57,010 nt of DNA, from assembly GCA_036513055.1 (NCBI GenBank), contig DATBZT010000026.1, forward strand, positions 1 through 57,010, read 5' to 3'. Below, one piece after another: positions 27,396 through 36,404 of this stretch. Numbering within the stretch: position 1 is the stretch's first letter; every line of letters starts with the position of its first letter. This DNA is from Gemmatimonadaceae bacterium (GTDB lineage Bacteria > Gemmatimonadota > Gemmatimonadetes > Gemmatimonadales > Gemmatimonadaceae). The notes beneath the pieces are model-generated. The model was not told the origin of the DNA, did not search any database, and worked only from the letters and a program-made list of their open reading frames with translations. The translations under genes were made by a program, and so were the position numbers.

Positions 27396-27866
27396 TCAGG
27401 TTGCGAGATGAACGAGGAATCTGATGGCGAGAATCCCGACAACAGTGGCGCCTATGGCCAGCAGGAATAACGCGGCAATCACGCCTGCGACAACCAGGCG
27501 GTTGGCGCGACGGCTCTCCACCGATCCGCCCAGATGGCTCTCGAGCAGATCCGCATTCATCATGTTCGCGCGCCAGCCGACGTCGAACATGTCGCCGAGC
27601 ACCGGCACGCTTCCGAGAACCGTGTCGATGGCAATGTTGATCAGCATCCTCACAAGTGTGGACGGTGGCGCACCGAGACGTGCCGAGGTGAGGACGATGT
27701 AGCCGGAGAGCGCGGCGCCGCCAAGATCGCCGACGACCGGAATGAGCCCGAGAATGGAATCCGCACCGACCCGGATCTTCGTGCCGGGTATCGCCACCGC
27801 CGAATCCAGCATTCGAGCGAGGGTGCGGATACGCGCGACGCGGGGGTCGGCGGCCGTTGAAGCCAT
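27396..27866 (-). CDS. DUF4112 family membrane protein
   Basis: LDSAVAIPGT, GLIPVVGD, GSVPVLGDMFD...AN motifs. Confidence 0.88.
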   Translation of the reverse strand: MASTAADPRVARIRTLARMLDSAVAIPGTKIRVGADSILGLIPVVGDLGGAALSGYIVLTSARLGAPPSTLVRMLINIAIDTVLGSVPVLGDMFDVGWRANMMNADLLESHLGGSVESRRANRLVVAGVIAALFLLAIGATVVGILAIRFLVHLAT

Positions 27867-28744
27867 CAGTGCTTCGAGGGAGGAATCGTGTCGCGCGCGC
27901 GCTGCATCGACGGCAGCGTCATAGGAGTGTAGTCGGCAGGAACCTCGAAAAGACTCGGCGAAGCGGTCGTCTTCTGAATGCCGGTTACTTCAGAAACGCT
28001 CTTGATGTCGGAGCCGCGTCCGGCACCAGACGTTATCACATGAGTTTCAGCGCGGAGAGCCAATCCTGGAAACTTCGATCGCGCAGCTTGCATCTTGTCG
28101 AAGTAGGCTCTGGCGCCAGGTCCGAACGCGGCGCCCATCGCGTTCTGGCCGAGTCCGCGAAATGGATCGGTGAAGTTTGCAAAATCAGACGCCAGATACT
28201 CGTCCGCCACCGACGACATCCTGGTTACCTGGCTTTGCCCCATGGCGGTAACGCTCACCGTCATTCCGCCTGTCACGCGGTAACGCAATGTGTGGTGGCC
28301 GAGAATGACAGGCCCGGCTCCCAGGTTCTCCACCTTGGGGTCGTCGCCAGTAATATCGAAGCTCATGCTGGCGCCAATACCTTCCATCAGCTTCTGCATT
28401 CCCTCCATCATCTCGGCCGGGCGGATGCGCAGGAACCGCTTGTCCTTGCGATAGAGAAAGATGAGGGTCTTTCCGCTGTCGACCATGATCAGGGTGACGC
28501 TGTCGCTTTCACCCCCTCCCGGCATCTTCATCATCCGCGTGTTGCCTTTCATGTCGATGCGGACACGGTCCTTCGAGATGACAGCGTGCCCGGTGCCATC
28601 TCCGTTGACGGGGCTACCACCGGATACTCCGGATTCCGTCAGGCGAAAATCAATTGCCAGGTCATCGCCCTGCGCCTTCGCGGCTCCGGCGATGAGAGAA
28701 AGGGTGACCGCAAACGAAATGGTGAGTCGAGCGAGATGTTTCAT
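27866..28744 (-). CDS. Secreted DUF4412-like protein
   Basis: Signal peptide; RIDM, LGAGPVILGH, SLFEVPADY pattern; paralog of the upstream gene. Confidence 0.72.
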   Translation of the reverse strand: MKHLARLTISFAVTLSLIAGAAKAQGDDLAIDFRLTESGVSGGSPVNGDGTGHAVISKDRVRIDMKGNTRMMKMPGGGESDSVTLIMVDSGKTLIFLYRKDKRFLRIRPAEMMEGMQKLMEGIGASMSFDITGDDPKVENLGAGPVILGHHTLRYRVTGGMTVSVTAMGQSQVTRMSSVADEYLASDFANFTDPFRGLGQNAMGAAFGPGARAYFDKMQAARSKFPGLALRAETHVITSGAGRGSDIKSVSEVTGIQKTTASPSLFEVPADYTPMTLPSMQRARDTIPPSKH

Positions 28745-28801
28745 GATGATCTCTTTCAAGAGAGCCAGCCAACAAGCCGGAATGCGCCCTGCCTGAAACA
28801 C

Positions 28802-28832
28802 AAAGCGCGGCAGCCAGAAGCTACCGCGCTTT
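28802..28832 (-). terminator. Hairpin/terminator between the two DUF4412-like paralogs
   Basis: AAAGCGCGGTAGC-TTCTG-GCTGCCGCGCTTT then GTGTTT on the minus strand. Confidence 0.6.
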
Positions 28833-28849
28833 ACATGCGACTGCGCCGG

Positions 28850-29878
28850 CTAATGCTTGAAGATGCCCCTGAGCTTGCTCTTCGCGGCCTCTTTCGCGGC
28901 TGCCTTGGCGGCGTCCGCTGCAGCCTTCTTGGCGGCTGAGTCGGCGTTGATGTCCGGGACCGTCACGGTGCTGCCACTATCTTTGCCGGCAGCAGGTGCG
29001 CCCGCCGCAATGTTGGCGTCGAGCTTCGGCATCTGGACCAGTGTGTAATGGTCGGGGATGTGGAACGTCGAGCTGGGAACGTCGGTGTTATGGAAGTTGA
29101 GCATCTCGCTCGTCACGACGCTCGTCTCCGCCTTGCCCTTCTCATCGGTCCTCACGGTCGTTATGACCGTCTTGACCGGCACTCCGTACTCGATCCTCGA
29201 CTGCGCGGCCGCCATCTGACTCTTATAATCGGGATTGTTGAACATGTCCGAAGACCCAGCCAAAGCCTGGCCGTTCGACACGAATGGATTGGCGAGCCCC
29301 CTGAGCGCGGGCGCGAAATAGTAGTCGGTGGTGGTTTCATTGCGCGACTTCGAGCTGCGACCGAAAACCTTCACGTTCATTGTGTAGTTCTGGACCATCC
29401 GATAGTGCACAGTCTTGTAACCCTGAATTGTCTCACCGGCGCCAAGGTTGTGTGATTCGATCTTGACGTCCGACATCTCCATCTTCACCAGACCGCTCAT
29501 GGCGTTCATCATCTTGCTCATCCCGGCGAACATGCCGGCCGCGTCCCATTCCATGTACTGCTTATTGGCGGGATCGACGAGCATCATCTTTTTGCCGCCA
29601 TCGAGCATCAGGAAATAGGAGCCTTTGCCGCCGAACATGCTGGAGTTGCCCTGCGCCGCGGTTTCGAGAATGTCGATTCGACCGTCGCTGCCGGCGAAGG
29701 TTCCCTTCCCCCGCATTATGACGGATTCCTTGTTCCCCGTCCGGTCGCTCTGTGAGTGGACGATGAACTCATAGGTCGTCCCGCCGGCCATTGGGGCGGC
29801 GAGGGGCCTGGCGGCAATCAGCAGAGGAACCGCGGCGACCAGGGCCAGCCGCGAGGGACGCGAAAAAACGGGGTTCAT
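28850..29878 (-). CDS. Secreted DUF4412-like protein
   Basis: AGGAG RBS, signal peptide, GRIDI, LGAGETIQGYKT, TFHIPDHY, AK-rich tail. Confidence 0.75.
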   Translation of the reverse strand: MNPVFSRPSRLALVAAVPLLIAARPLAAPMAGGTTYEFIVHSQSDRTGNKESVIMRGKGTFAGSDGRIDILETAAQGNSSMFGGKGSYFLMLDGGKKMMLVDPANKQYMEWDAAGMFAGMSKMMNAMSGLVKMEMSDVKIESHNLGAGETIQGYKTVHYRMVQNYTMNVKVFGRSSKSRNETTTDYYFAPALRGLANPFVSNGQALAGSSDMFNNPDYKSQMAAAQSRIEYGVPVKTVITTVRTDEKGKAETSVVTSEMLNFHNTDVPSSTFHIPDHYTLVQMPKLDANIAAGAPAAGKDSGSTVTVPDINADSAAKKAAADAAKAAAKEAAKSKLRGIFKH

Positions 29879-30104
29879 CACAATCTCCTTCCTGCGGGAC
29901 ATGGCCGAATCTTCTTCAGCACGTGGCCGAAGAAATGAGGCTAGATGGGACGAAATGATGTCGGAAACATAAGATCAGGATCCCGGTTGGGCCAGATTTT
30001 CCTGGTTCAGGGTGATCCCGCCCTGGCTGGCCACCCTATTCCGTGCCGGTCTCCTGTCCCCTTACCCCTTCCCTCGTTGCGGAGCGTCAGCAACGCCACG
30101 GGCC

Positions 30105-31049
30105 TTAACCGGCCTGATTTGCCTTGCCGCGAGGAAAGACGAGCGACGCCACCACGGACAGTGCCAGGATGAGCGCAATCAGCAGGAGCGACGCCACAAT
30201 CGGGATCTCGTAGACGCTCCCAAGCAGCATTTTCACCCCAACAAAGGTCAGCACCACCGCCAGGCCCAGCTTGAGATACTGGAACTTGTGGATCACGCCA
30301 GCCAGCAGGAAATAGAGTGACCGAAGGCCCAGAATGGCGCAGACGTTCGAGGTATAGACGATCAGCGGATCCCGCGTCACCGCAAAGATGGCCGGGATCG
30401 AATCCACCGCAAAAATCAGGTCCGTCGTCTCCACCAGAATCAGCACGACGAAGAGCGGAGTCGCCAGAATTCGCGCCTTCTCGCCCCGGTGCAAAGGCTC
30501 TCTCACGAAAAAATCCTGATCGCGAAAGTCCTGGGTCACGGGCAGGAGACGCCTGACCAGCCGTAACACGGGATTCGATTCCGGCTCGATGTCCGTTTCA
30601 TCCTGCATCGCCATCCTGATGCCGGTGAATATCAGAAAGGCGCCGAAGATGTAGAGGATCCAGTTGAATCGGTGAATCAGAAGCGCTCCCGCGGCAATCA
30701 TCGAGCCCCGCATGAACAGCGCGCCGATGATCCCCCAGAACAACACGCGGTGCTGGTGCTTCTCGGCAATCCTGAAGTAGGAAAACAGGAGGACAATGAC
30801 GAAGATGTTGTCGACCGACAGCGAGTATTCGATCAGGTAGCCGGTGACGAACTCGAGCGCGTCCTCGCGTCCGGCAAGGACGTGAATGACTGCGGCGAAT
30901 CCAAGCGAAAGCGCGATCCACACGCTGCTCCACGCTGCCGCTTCTCTTACCGAAATCTCGTGGGCTTTCTTGTTGAAGATGCCGAGGTCGACAGCAAGGA
31001 CCGCCAGCACCCCGGCGTTGAACCATATGAGGAGGGCGATTCTGCTCAC
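30105..31049 (-). CDS. TerC/Alx family membrane protein
   Basis: IEYSLSVDNIFV, QHRVLFWG, ETTDLIFAVDSIPA, GLRSLYF. Confidence 0.93.
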   Translation of the reverse strand: MSRIALLIWFNAGVLAVLAVDLGIFNKKAHEISVREAAAWSSVWIALSLGFAAVIHVLAGREDALEFVTGYLIEYSLSVDNIFVIVLLFSYFRIAEKHQHRVLFWGIIGALFMRGSMIAAGALLIHRFNWILYIFGAFLIFTGIRMAMQDETDIEPESNPVLRLVRRLLPVTQDFRDQDFFVREPLHRGEKARILATPLFVVLILVETTDLIFAVDSIPAIFAVTRDPLIVYTSNVCAILGLRSLYFLLAGVIHKFQYLKLGLAVVLTFVGVKMLLGSVYEIPIVASLLLIALILALSVVASLVFPRGKANQAG

Positions 31050-31095
31050 GACGTCAGCGCCCGGCCCGGCCTATTGATTGGGCCGGGCAACGCCG

Positions 31096-31431
31096 TCAGC
31101 GGCGTTCAAGCGAGTCGCGAACGTCGAGCAGGATCTCGAAATAGAGCTGCTCCCTCCGATACGCGAAATCGAGGGAGGCCATTTGCGACTTGTCGTCGGC
31201 AGCTTTGGCGTGCTCGAATGCCTCGGTGTACATCTCGTCGAGGTTCGCCAGGATGCGGTCGCGGGATCGGGACATGAGGTTCTCGAAAGGTATTGAGGTG
31301 GACGGCAGGATGTTGCCATAACGGTCAATGCCGGCGATTCGCTCCAGAATCAATTCCGGATCGCGGTCCGCGAAAAGAAACCTTTTTGCGGCACCAAAGG
31401 CGAGGCGCTTCGGATTGTACGGGGTCGGCAT
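31096..31431 (-). CDS. Small helical hypothetical protein
   Basis: ORF preceded by TATACT; the true start may be the internal MSRSRDRIL. Confidence 0.6.
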   Translation of the reverse strand: MPTPYNPKRLAFGAAKRFLFADRDPELILERIAGIDRYGNILPSTSIPFENLMSRSRDRILANLDEMYTEAFEHAKAADDKSQMASLDFAYRREQLYFEILLDVRDSLERR

Positions 31432-31503
31432 TTTGTGGAGAGTATATGATGCCGCGCACTAACGGAAGCGGCCAGAAACGATGTTTCGGAATCCTGGCGG
31501 GGT

Positions 31504-31854
31504 TCAGGCGGATAGCCGGTGAAACACTGCCTCCTCGACAATTTTGCCCTTCTTGAGGTGTTCGACCACAATCCGCTCGAGCAATTCCGGCGTGACGCCG
31601 GCGTACCACACGCCTTCCGGGTAGACCACCATGATCGGCCCTCCCGCGCAGACGCCCAGACACGGAGTTTCACCGCGTTTCACACGGGTGGGGCCAAAAA
31701 GCAGGTCCTCGCGCTCGAGCAGCGCGGCGAGTTGGCTGTAGAGTGCGCGGCCACGCCGGTCCTCTGAGCAGAAGTCGCCCGTGCAAACGAGCACGTGGCG
31801 CAAGTAGGGCTCCATGAGGGGCCCCTGGGACGCCATGGATTCGGGCTTCTTCAT
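31504..31854 (-). CDS. Thioredoxin-like [2Fe-2S] ferredoxin
   Basis: HVLVCTGDFC...CLGVCAGGPIMVVYPEGVWY. Confidence 0.9.
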   Translation of the reverse strand: MKKPESMASQGPLMEPYLRHVLVCTGDFCSEDRRGRALYSQLAALLEREDLLFGPTRVKRGETPCLGVCAGGPIMVVYPEGVWYAGVTPELLERIVVEHLKKGKIVEEAVFHRLSA

Positions 31855-32186
31855 GCGTCCGGCTCCGTGCCTTCGACCTTGTTGTCGCCGGGCGGCGCCA
31901 CATACAGATAGTCCGCGACGACATGACCGCCGACCAGGTGCTCGGCCACGATGCGCCTCGCGCCGGCTTCATCCACGCCGGCGTACCAGACGTCGTCGGG
32001 ATATACCACGACCATCGGCCCGTGACCGCACTGGTTCATGCATCCGGCGTGATTCACGCGAACCGAATCGCGAATGCCGGAGGTGGCCACAGTTTTCTTG
32101 AGTATCGCGTGAACTTCGGCCGAACCGGCGAGCGGACAGGTCTTGCCGCTGGTGCAGACAAAGACGTGATGGCGGTATTGTCCCAT
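31851..32186 (-). CDS. Thioredoxin-like [2Fe-2S] ferredoxin
   Basis: HVFVCTSGKTC...CMNQCGHGPMVVVYPDDVWY; ATGA overlap with the next gene. Start 32186 or 32210. Confidence 0.9.
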   Translation of the reverse strand: MGQYRHHVFVCTSGKTCPLAGSAEVHAILKKTVATSGIRDSVRVNHAGCMNQCGHGPMVVVYPDDVWYAGVDEAGARRIVAEHLVGGHVVADYLYVAPPGDNKVEGTEPDA

Positions 32187-32272
32187 TCCGAAAGATGAGT
32201 CACTCTCCATCCGGTTGACAGTCGCGCGAGCCTCGCGTTGTTTGAGATCAATCGCAATTTCAGGAACCGCTC

Positions 32273-33178
32273 ATGACGATTTCACCTGACGCTCGCTACC
32301 ACGTCGACGCGTCGATCGCACAGAAGGGCTACGCCCATCCCGAGTCACTGGTCAGCACGCATTGGCTGGCGGCCCATCTCGAAGACCCGGGCATTCGCAT
32401 CGTCGAGAGCGACGAGGATGTTCTGTTGTACGACACCGGCCACATTCCCGGCGCCCAGAAGGTCGACTGGCACGAAGACCTCAATGATGCCGTGCTGCGC
32501 GACTACGTCTCGGCGGAGCAGTTTGAGATGCTCCTGCGGTCGAAGGGAATCGACGAGAACACCACCGTCATCTTCTACGGCGACAAGAACAACTGGTGGG
32601 CGGCATACGCTTTTTGGGTTTTTCAGCTCTTCGGCTTCGCGAACGCAAAGCTGCTGGACGGCGGGCGCATCAAGTGGGAGCAGGAAGGCCGGCCGATGAC
32701 CACTGATGTTCCGAGATTTGCGCTGACAAACTACAAAGCGCCCGAACGCTCGGACGACAAGATTCGCGCTTTCTTTCATCAGGTGCGCGAGCACGCCGAC
32801 AGCGGTAAGCCGCTGGTGGACGTGCGTTCGCCCGACGAATACAGCGGCGCGAAGATCCACATGCCGGACTACCCGCAGGAAGGCACGCTGCGTGGGGGCC
32901 ACATTCGCGGCGCCCGCAGCGTTCCGTGGGCACGGGCGGCCAACCCCAACGGGACGTTCAAATCCGCTGACGAGCTGCGCGTCATTTACGAGAAGGAGCA
33001 GGGCCTCAAGCCAACCGACGACATCATCGCCTATTGTCGAATTGGCGAGCGCTCGTCGCACACCTGGTTCGTCCTCACACATCTGCTTGGTTACGGAAAG
33101 GTCCGGAACTATGACGGAAGCTGGACCGAGTGGGGCAACGCTGTGCGCGCTCCAATCGAGAAGGGCGGGCCGAAGTGA
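32273..33178 (+). CDS. sseA: Tandem-domain sulfurtransferase (rhodanese, SseA/CysA type)
   Basis: [26 protein letters not shown] active-site loop, YDGSWTEW. Confidence 0.92.
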   Translation: MTISPDARYHVDASIAQKGYAHPESLVSTHWLAAHLEDPGIRIVESDEDVLLYDTGHIPGAQKVDWHEDLNDAVLRDYVSAEQFEMLLRSKGIDENTTVIFYGDKNNWWAAYAFWVFQLFGFANAKLLDGGRIKWEQEGRPMTTDVPRFALTNYKAPERSDDKIRAFFHQVREHADSGKPLVDVRSPDEYSGAKIHMPDYPQEGTLRGGHIRGARSVPWARAANPNGTFKSADELRVIYEKEQGLKPTDDIIAYCRIGERSSHTWFVLTHLLGYGKVRNYDGSWTEWGNAVRAPIEKGGPK

Positions 33179-33594
33179 GGGAGCCCTCTCGCGTCGATGT
33201 GAAATGGGTTGGTGAGCACGTTTTCGACTTCAGGCGGAAGGGGCGGCCCAGCGCCAGGCTGGATGGCGACGGCATCACCGCACCGAGTTCGGTGGACGGA
33301 CTCCTCGGTGCACTGGGCTCGTGTGTGGCGTACGACGTGCTTGACATTCTCGCGAAGAGGCGGACTCCTGTGGAATCACTGGAAGTAGAGGTGGTAGCCC
33401 GCAGAGTTGAGACGATTCCACGGCATCTCGAGCACGTGACGTTGAACTTCCGAATCGCCGGCACGGGGATAGAGAGAATTCACGCCGAGCGCGCGGTGGA
33501 GCTGGCGGTTACGAAGTACTGTTCGGTTCGTTCTTCGCTCCGGCCGGATGTCCCCGTGAAGTGGACGATAGCACTGGCGTCGGAAACGACTTGA
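33175..33594 (+). CDS. OsmC/YhfA-like protein
   Basis: LGSC...D and KYCSV Cys pair; GTGA overlap with the rhodanese gene. Confidence 0.88.
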   Translation: MREPSRVDVKWVGEHVFDFRRKGRPSARLDGDGITAPSSVDGLLGALGSCVAYDVLDILAKRRTPVESLEVEVVARRVETIPRHLEHVTLNFRIAGTGIERIHAERAVELAVTKYCSVRSSLRPDVPVKWTIALASETT

Positions 33595-33623
33595 GCCGCG
33601 GGCCCGGACGACAAGGGCTGGAA

Positions 33624-34772
33624 ATGCTGCGACTCGGTGTGGCGCTCATCGTGTTCCTCGCTTCGCTCCTCACGGTCGTTCGTGCGCCGACTTACAACGC
33701 GTGGAAGCTTTCCGTGGCGGTTACGGAATGGGGCCATGTGGTGGCGCTGCTGGCGTTGCTCGCTTTTCTCCCCGGATGGCGGAGCACTGCAACAGGCAAG
33801 CTTGCTGCGGCACTGGGCGGCGCAGCCGTTGTTCTGGCGCTTACGCCTCTGGCACGGGCAATTCCCATCGCATCGTCGTTGCCGGATGACATGAACTCGG
33901 CATTTGGACCATCATCGCCGAGAACGATGCCCGGCGCGAACGCGCGACCGAAACCGTTGGCGTTTCTCGACGTGCTGACGCACGTCAAGTCCCCATCCGT
34001 CCGGGTTGACACTGCAACGTACGTCATGCACGACGAAACGTCATACGGAACGACGCTTTACCGCCCGCTGACGACCTCAACGCCTTTGCCTGTCGTAATC
34101 ATGATCCATGGCGGCTCATGGAGCGGCGGCACCCGCAACGATCTCCCTGGTCTCAATCGGTATCTCGCCGCGCGGGGATACGCCGTTGCCACAATCAGCT
34201 ACCGCTTCGCGCCGCTGTATCCGCATCCTGCGGCGAGTCAGGACGTTCACGCGGCAATCGAATTCCTGAAAACGAATGCCGGAAGGCTGGAGCTGGATGC
34301 GTCGCGCATCGCGTTGATCGGCCGGTCGGCAGGCGGGCAGCTGGCGCTACTCGCGGCGTACACAGAGCATGATTCGGCAATCAAGGGCGTTGTCGGATTC
34401 TACGCGCCGTCGGACCAGTTGTTCGGATATGAGCATCCCACAAACCCCCGTGTGCTCAACAGCACAACTACTCTGGAGGAGTTTCTTGCCGGGAGTCCGA
34501 AGACGGCGCCGGAAGCATATATGTCTTCTTCGCCGATCAACTTCATTGGGCCTTCAACGGTTCCGACGCTGTTGATTCACGGGGCGCAGGATGAGCTCGT
34601 GTACGCCGAACAGAGTGAGCGACTCGATGCGCGTCTCGCCCTAGCGCGCCGCCCCCATTTTTTCCTTCGTCTTCCGTGGGGAGTTCACGGATGTGACTAC
34701 AACTTCAGTGGACCCTGCGGACAGCTAAGCACGTACGCCATTGAACGATTTCTTGCGGCCGTCCTGCGGTGA
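33624..34772 (+). CDS. Membrane-anchored alpha/beta hydrolase (esterase, HSL-like)
   Basis: Three N-terminal TM segments; HGGSW, YRFAP, GRSAGG, HGAQD, H(GCD). Confidence 0.88.
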   Translation: MLRLGVALIVFLASLLTVVRAPTYNAWKLSVAVTEWGHVVALLALLAFLPGWRSTATGKLAAALGGAAVVLALTPLARAIPIASSLPDDMNSAFGPSSPRTMPGANARPKPLAFLDVLTHVKSPSVRVDTATYVMHDETSYGTTLYRPLTTSTPLPVVIMIHGGSWSGGTRNDLPGLNRYLAARGYAVATISYRFAPLYPHPAASQDVHAAIEFLKTNAGRLELDASRIALIGRSAGGQLALLAAYTEHDSAIKGVVGFYAPSDQLFGYEHPTNPRVLNSTTTLEEFLAGSPKTAPEAYMSSSPINFIGPSTVPTLLIHGAQDELVYAEQSERLDARLALARRPHFFLRLPWGVHGCDYNFSGPCGQLSTYAIERFLAAVLR

Positions 34773-34824
34773 CCCCCTCGCCGTACCAGTTTTCTTTCGC
34801 CCTTTCCTGCTTATGGAGACGCTG

Positions 34825-36210
34825 ATGATGATGAGTAACCGTGTCGCCGGCACACTGTTCATGCTCGCCGTTCCTGTCACCTTGGTCCGCGCTCAGGACA
34901 TTGGGCCGAAAGTCGATTCCATTGCCAACCAGGTATTGCAGAGCACCGGCGTTCCGAGCGCATCGGTTGCCGTGGTCACTCATGGCCGCCTCGCCTACGC
35001 ACACGCTTACGGAATGGCGAATCTCGAGCCCCGTACGCCGGCGAGCGCCGACATGCGTTATGCGATCGGCTCTATCAGCAAGCAGTTCACCGCATCCGCG
35101 ATCCTCCTGCTGGCACAGGACGGCAAGCTCTCGCTGGACGACCCGGTCTCGCGCTTCGTGCCCGGGCTGACGCGCGGCAACGAGGTGACTGTGCGCGAAG
35201 TGCTGTCACACACTTCGGGCTACCAGGACTTCTGGCCGCAGGATTACGTGATGCCAATGATGCTGAAGGCGGCCACACCGCAGAGCATCGTCGACCGCTG
35301 GGGCAAGCAGCCGCTGGACTTTGACCCGGGCACACGGTGGCAGTACAGCAACACGAACTACACCATCGCTGGAATGATTGTCGAGAAAGCCAGCGGCGTG
35401 CCGTTCTTTCAGTTCGTGCGCACGCGCATCCTCAACCCCGTGGGTCTGGCGAGCGCAAGCGACTTCGACGCCAGTCCCACCGCAGCCAATGCCACCGGAT
35501 ATCTCCGTTACGCGCTCGGCCCGCTGCGCCAGGCGCCGGACGCGGGCTCCGGATGGATGTGGGCGGCAGGCGAGCTGGCGATGACGGCGTCCGACCTGGC
35601 GAAATGGGACATATCACTCATTCGCCACAGCCTGCTTTCTCCCGAATCGTACCACGCGCTGGAGAGCGAGGTGCCCTTGAAGAACGGCGCCGGCACCGGC
35701 TATGGCCTCGGCGTAGACGTCGCAATGCAGTCGGGCCGGTTTCTCGTGGAGCACAGCGGCGAGGTTTCGGGCTTTACGGCTGAGAACATGGTATTTCCCG
35801 ACGACAGTGCTGCCGTCGTGGTGCTGACGAATCAGGATGCTGCGCCGGCTTCAGGCGCGATCGCCCGGCAGATTTCACAGCTGCTGTTCGCGACCGAAGA
35901 CGCTCTGACGCAGAGCCGCACGGCACAGGCGAAAAGCATTTTCGAGGGACTGAGACAGGGAAAGATCGACCGGTCGCTCTTCACGTCGAACGCCAACGCG
36001 TACTTCAGCGATCAGGCCCTCGCGGATTTTGCGTCGAGCCTGGGGCCGCTCGGATCGCCAACCACCTTCGTCCAGACGGGACAGTCGAAGCGGGGCGGGA
36101 TGGTGGCGCGCAGCTACCGGGCTACGTTCGCCGGCCGCGCACTGCGTGTCTGGACCTTTGAAACGCCGGACGGGAAGCTGGAGCAATACCAGGTGGCGCC
36201 GATCGGATAG
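34825..36210 (+). CDS. Secreted serine hydrolase, beta-lactamase/AmpC family
   Basis: Signal peptide; SISK, LSHTSG, YSN, HSG motifs; GGAG RBS. Confidence 0.9.
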   Translation: MMMSNRVAGTLFMLAVPVTLVRAQDIGPKVDSIANQVLQSTGVPSASVAVVTHGRLAYAHAYGMANLEPRTPASADMRYAIGSISKQFTASAILLLAQDGKLSLDDPVSRFVPGLTRGNEVTVREVLSHTSGYQDFWPQDYVMPMMLKAATPQSIVDRWGKQPLDFDPGTRWQYSNTNYTIAGMIVEKASGVPFFQFVRTRILNPVGLASASDFDASPTAANATGYLRYALGPLRQAPDAGSGWMWAAGELAMTASDLAKWDISLIRHSLLSPESYHALESEVPLKNGAGTGYGLGVDVAMQSGRFLVEHSGEVSGFTAENMVFPDDSAAVVVLTNQDAAPASGAIARQISQLLFATEDALTQSRTAQAKSIFEGLRQGKIDRSLFTSNANAYFSDQALADFASSLGPLGSPTTFVQTGQSKRGGMVARSYRATFAGRALRVWTFETPDGKLEQYQVAPIG

Positions 36211-36224
36211 CCGGCATCCTTGCA

Positions 36225-36399
36225 TGCCACAGAAACACAGAAACACAGAAAGCCACGCAGCGCTGCGAATAGTCCGGCCCGCAGGGAAACCCTTTTCTTT
36301 TCATTGTTAACTGCGACTGCACCCGCGGCTTACCTATGGCCCCGGGTGCAGTTCACAAAAGAATCAAGCAGTTTTCGGTGTTTCTGTGTTTCTGTGGCA
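36225..36399. repeat. 175-bp palindromic element (MITE/REP-like) with 27-bp terminal inverted repeats
   Basis: TGCCACAGAAACACAGAAACACAGAAA (36225-36251) matches the reverse complement of 36373-36399 at 26/27; internal hairpin 36316-36352. Confidence 0.8.
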
Positions 36400-36404
36400 G
36401 CAGG

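Noticed and set aside
31050-31095. Possible yybP-ykoY (Mn) riboswitch before terC
   Set aside because: Only a simple GC hairpin is present; the conserved riboswitch motifs are not visible and the space is too short
36225-36399. CRISPR array or IS element
   Set aside because: Repeats are inverted and tandem 8-mers without unique spacers; no cas or transposase gene is present
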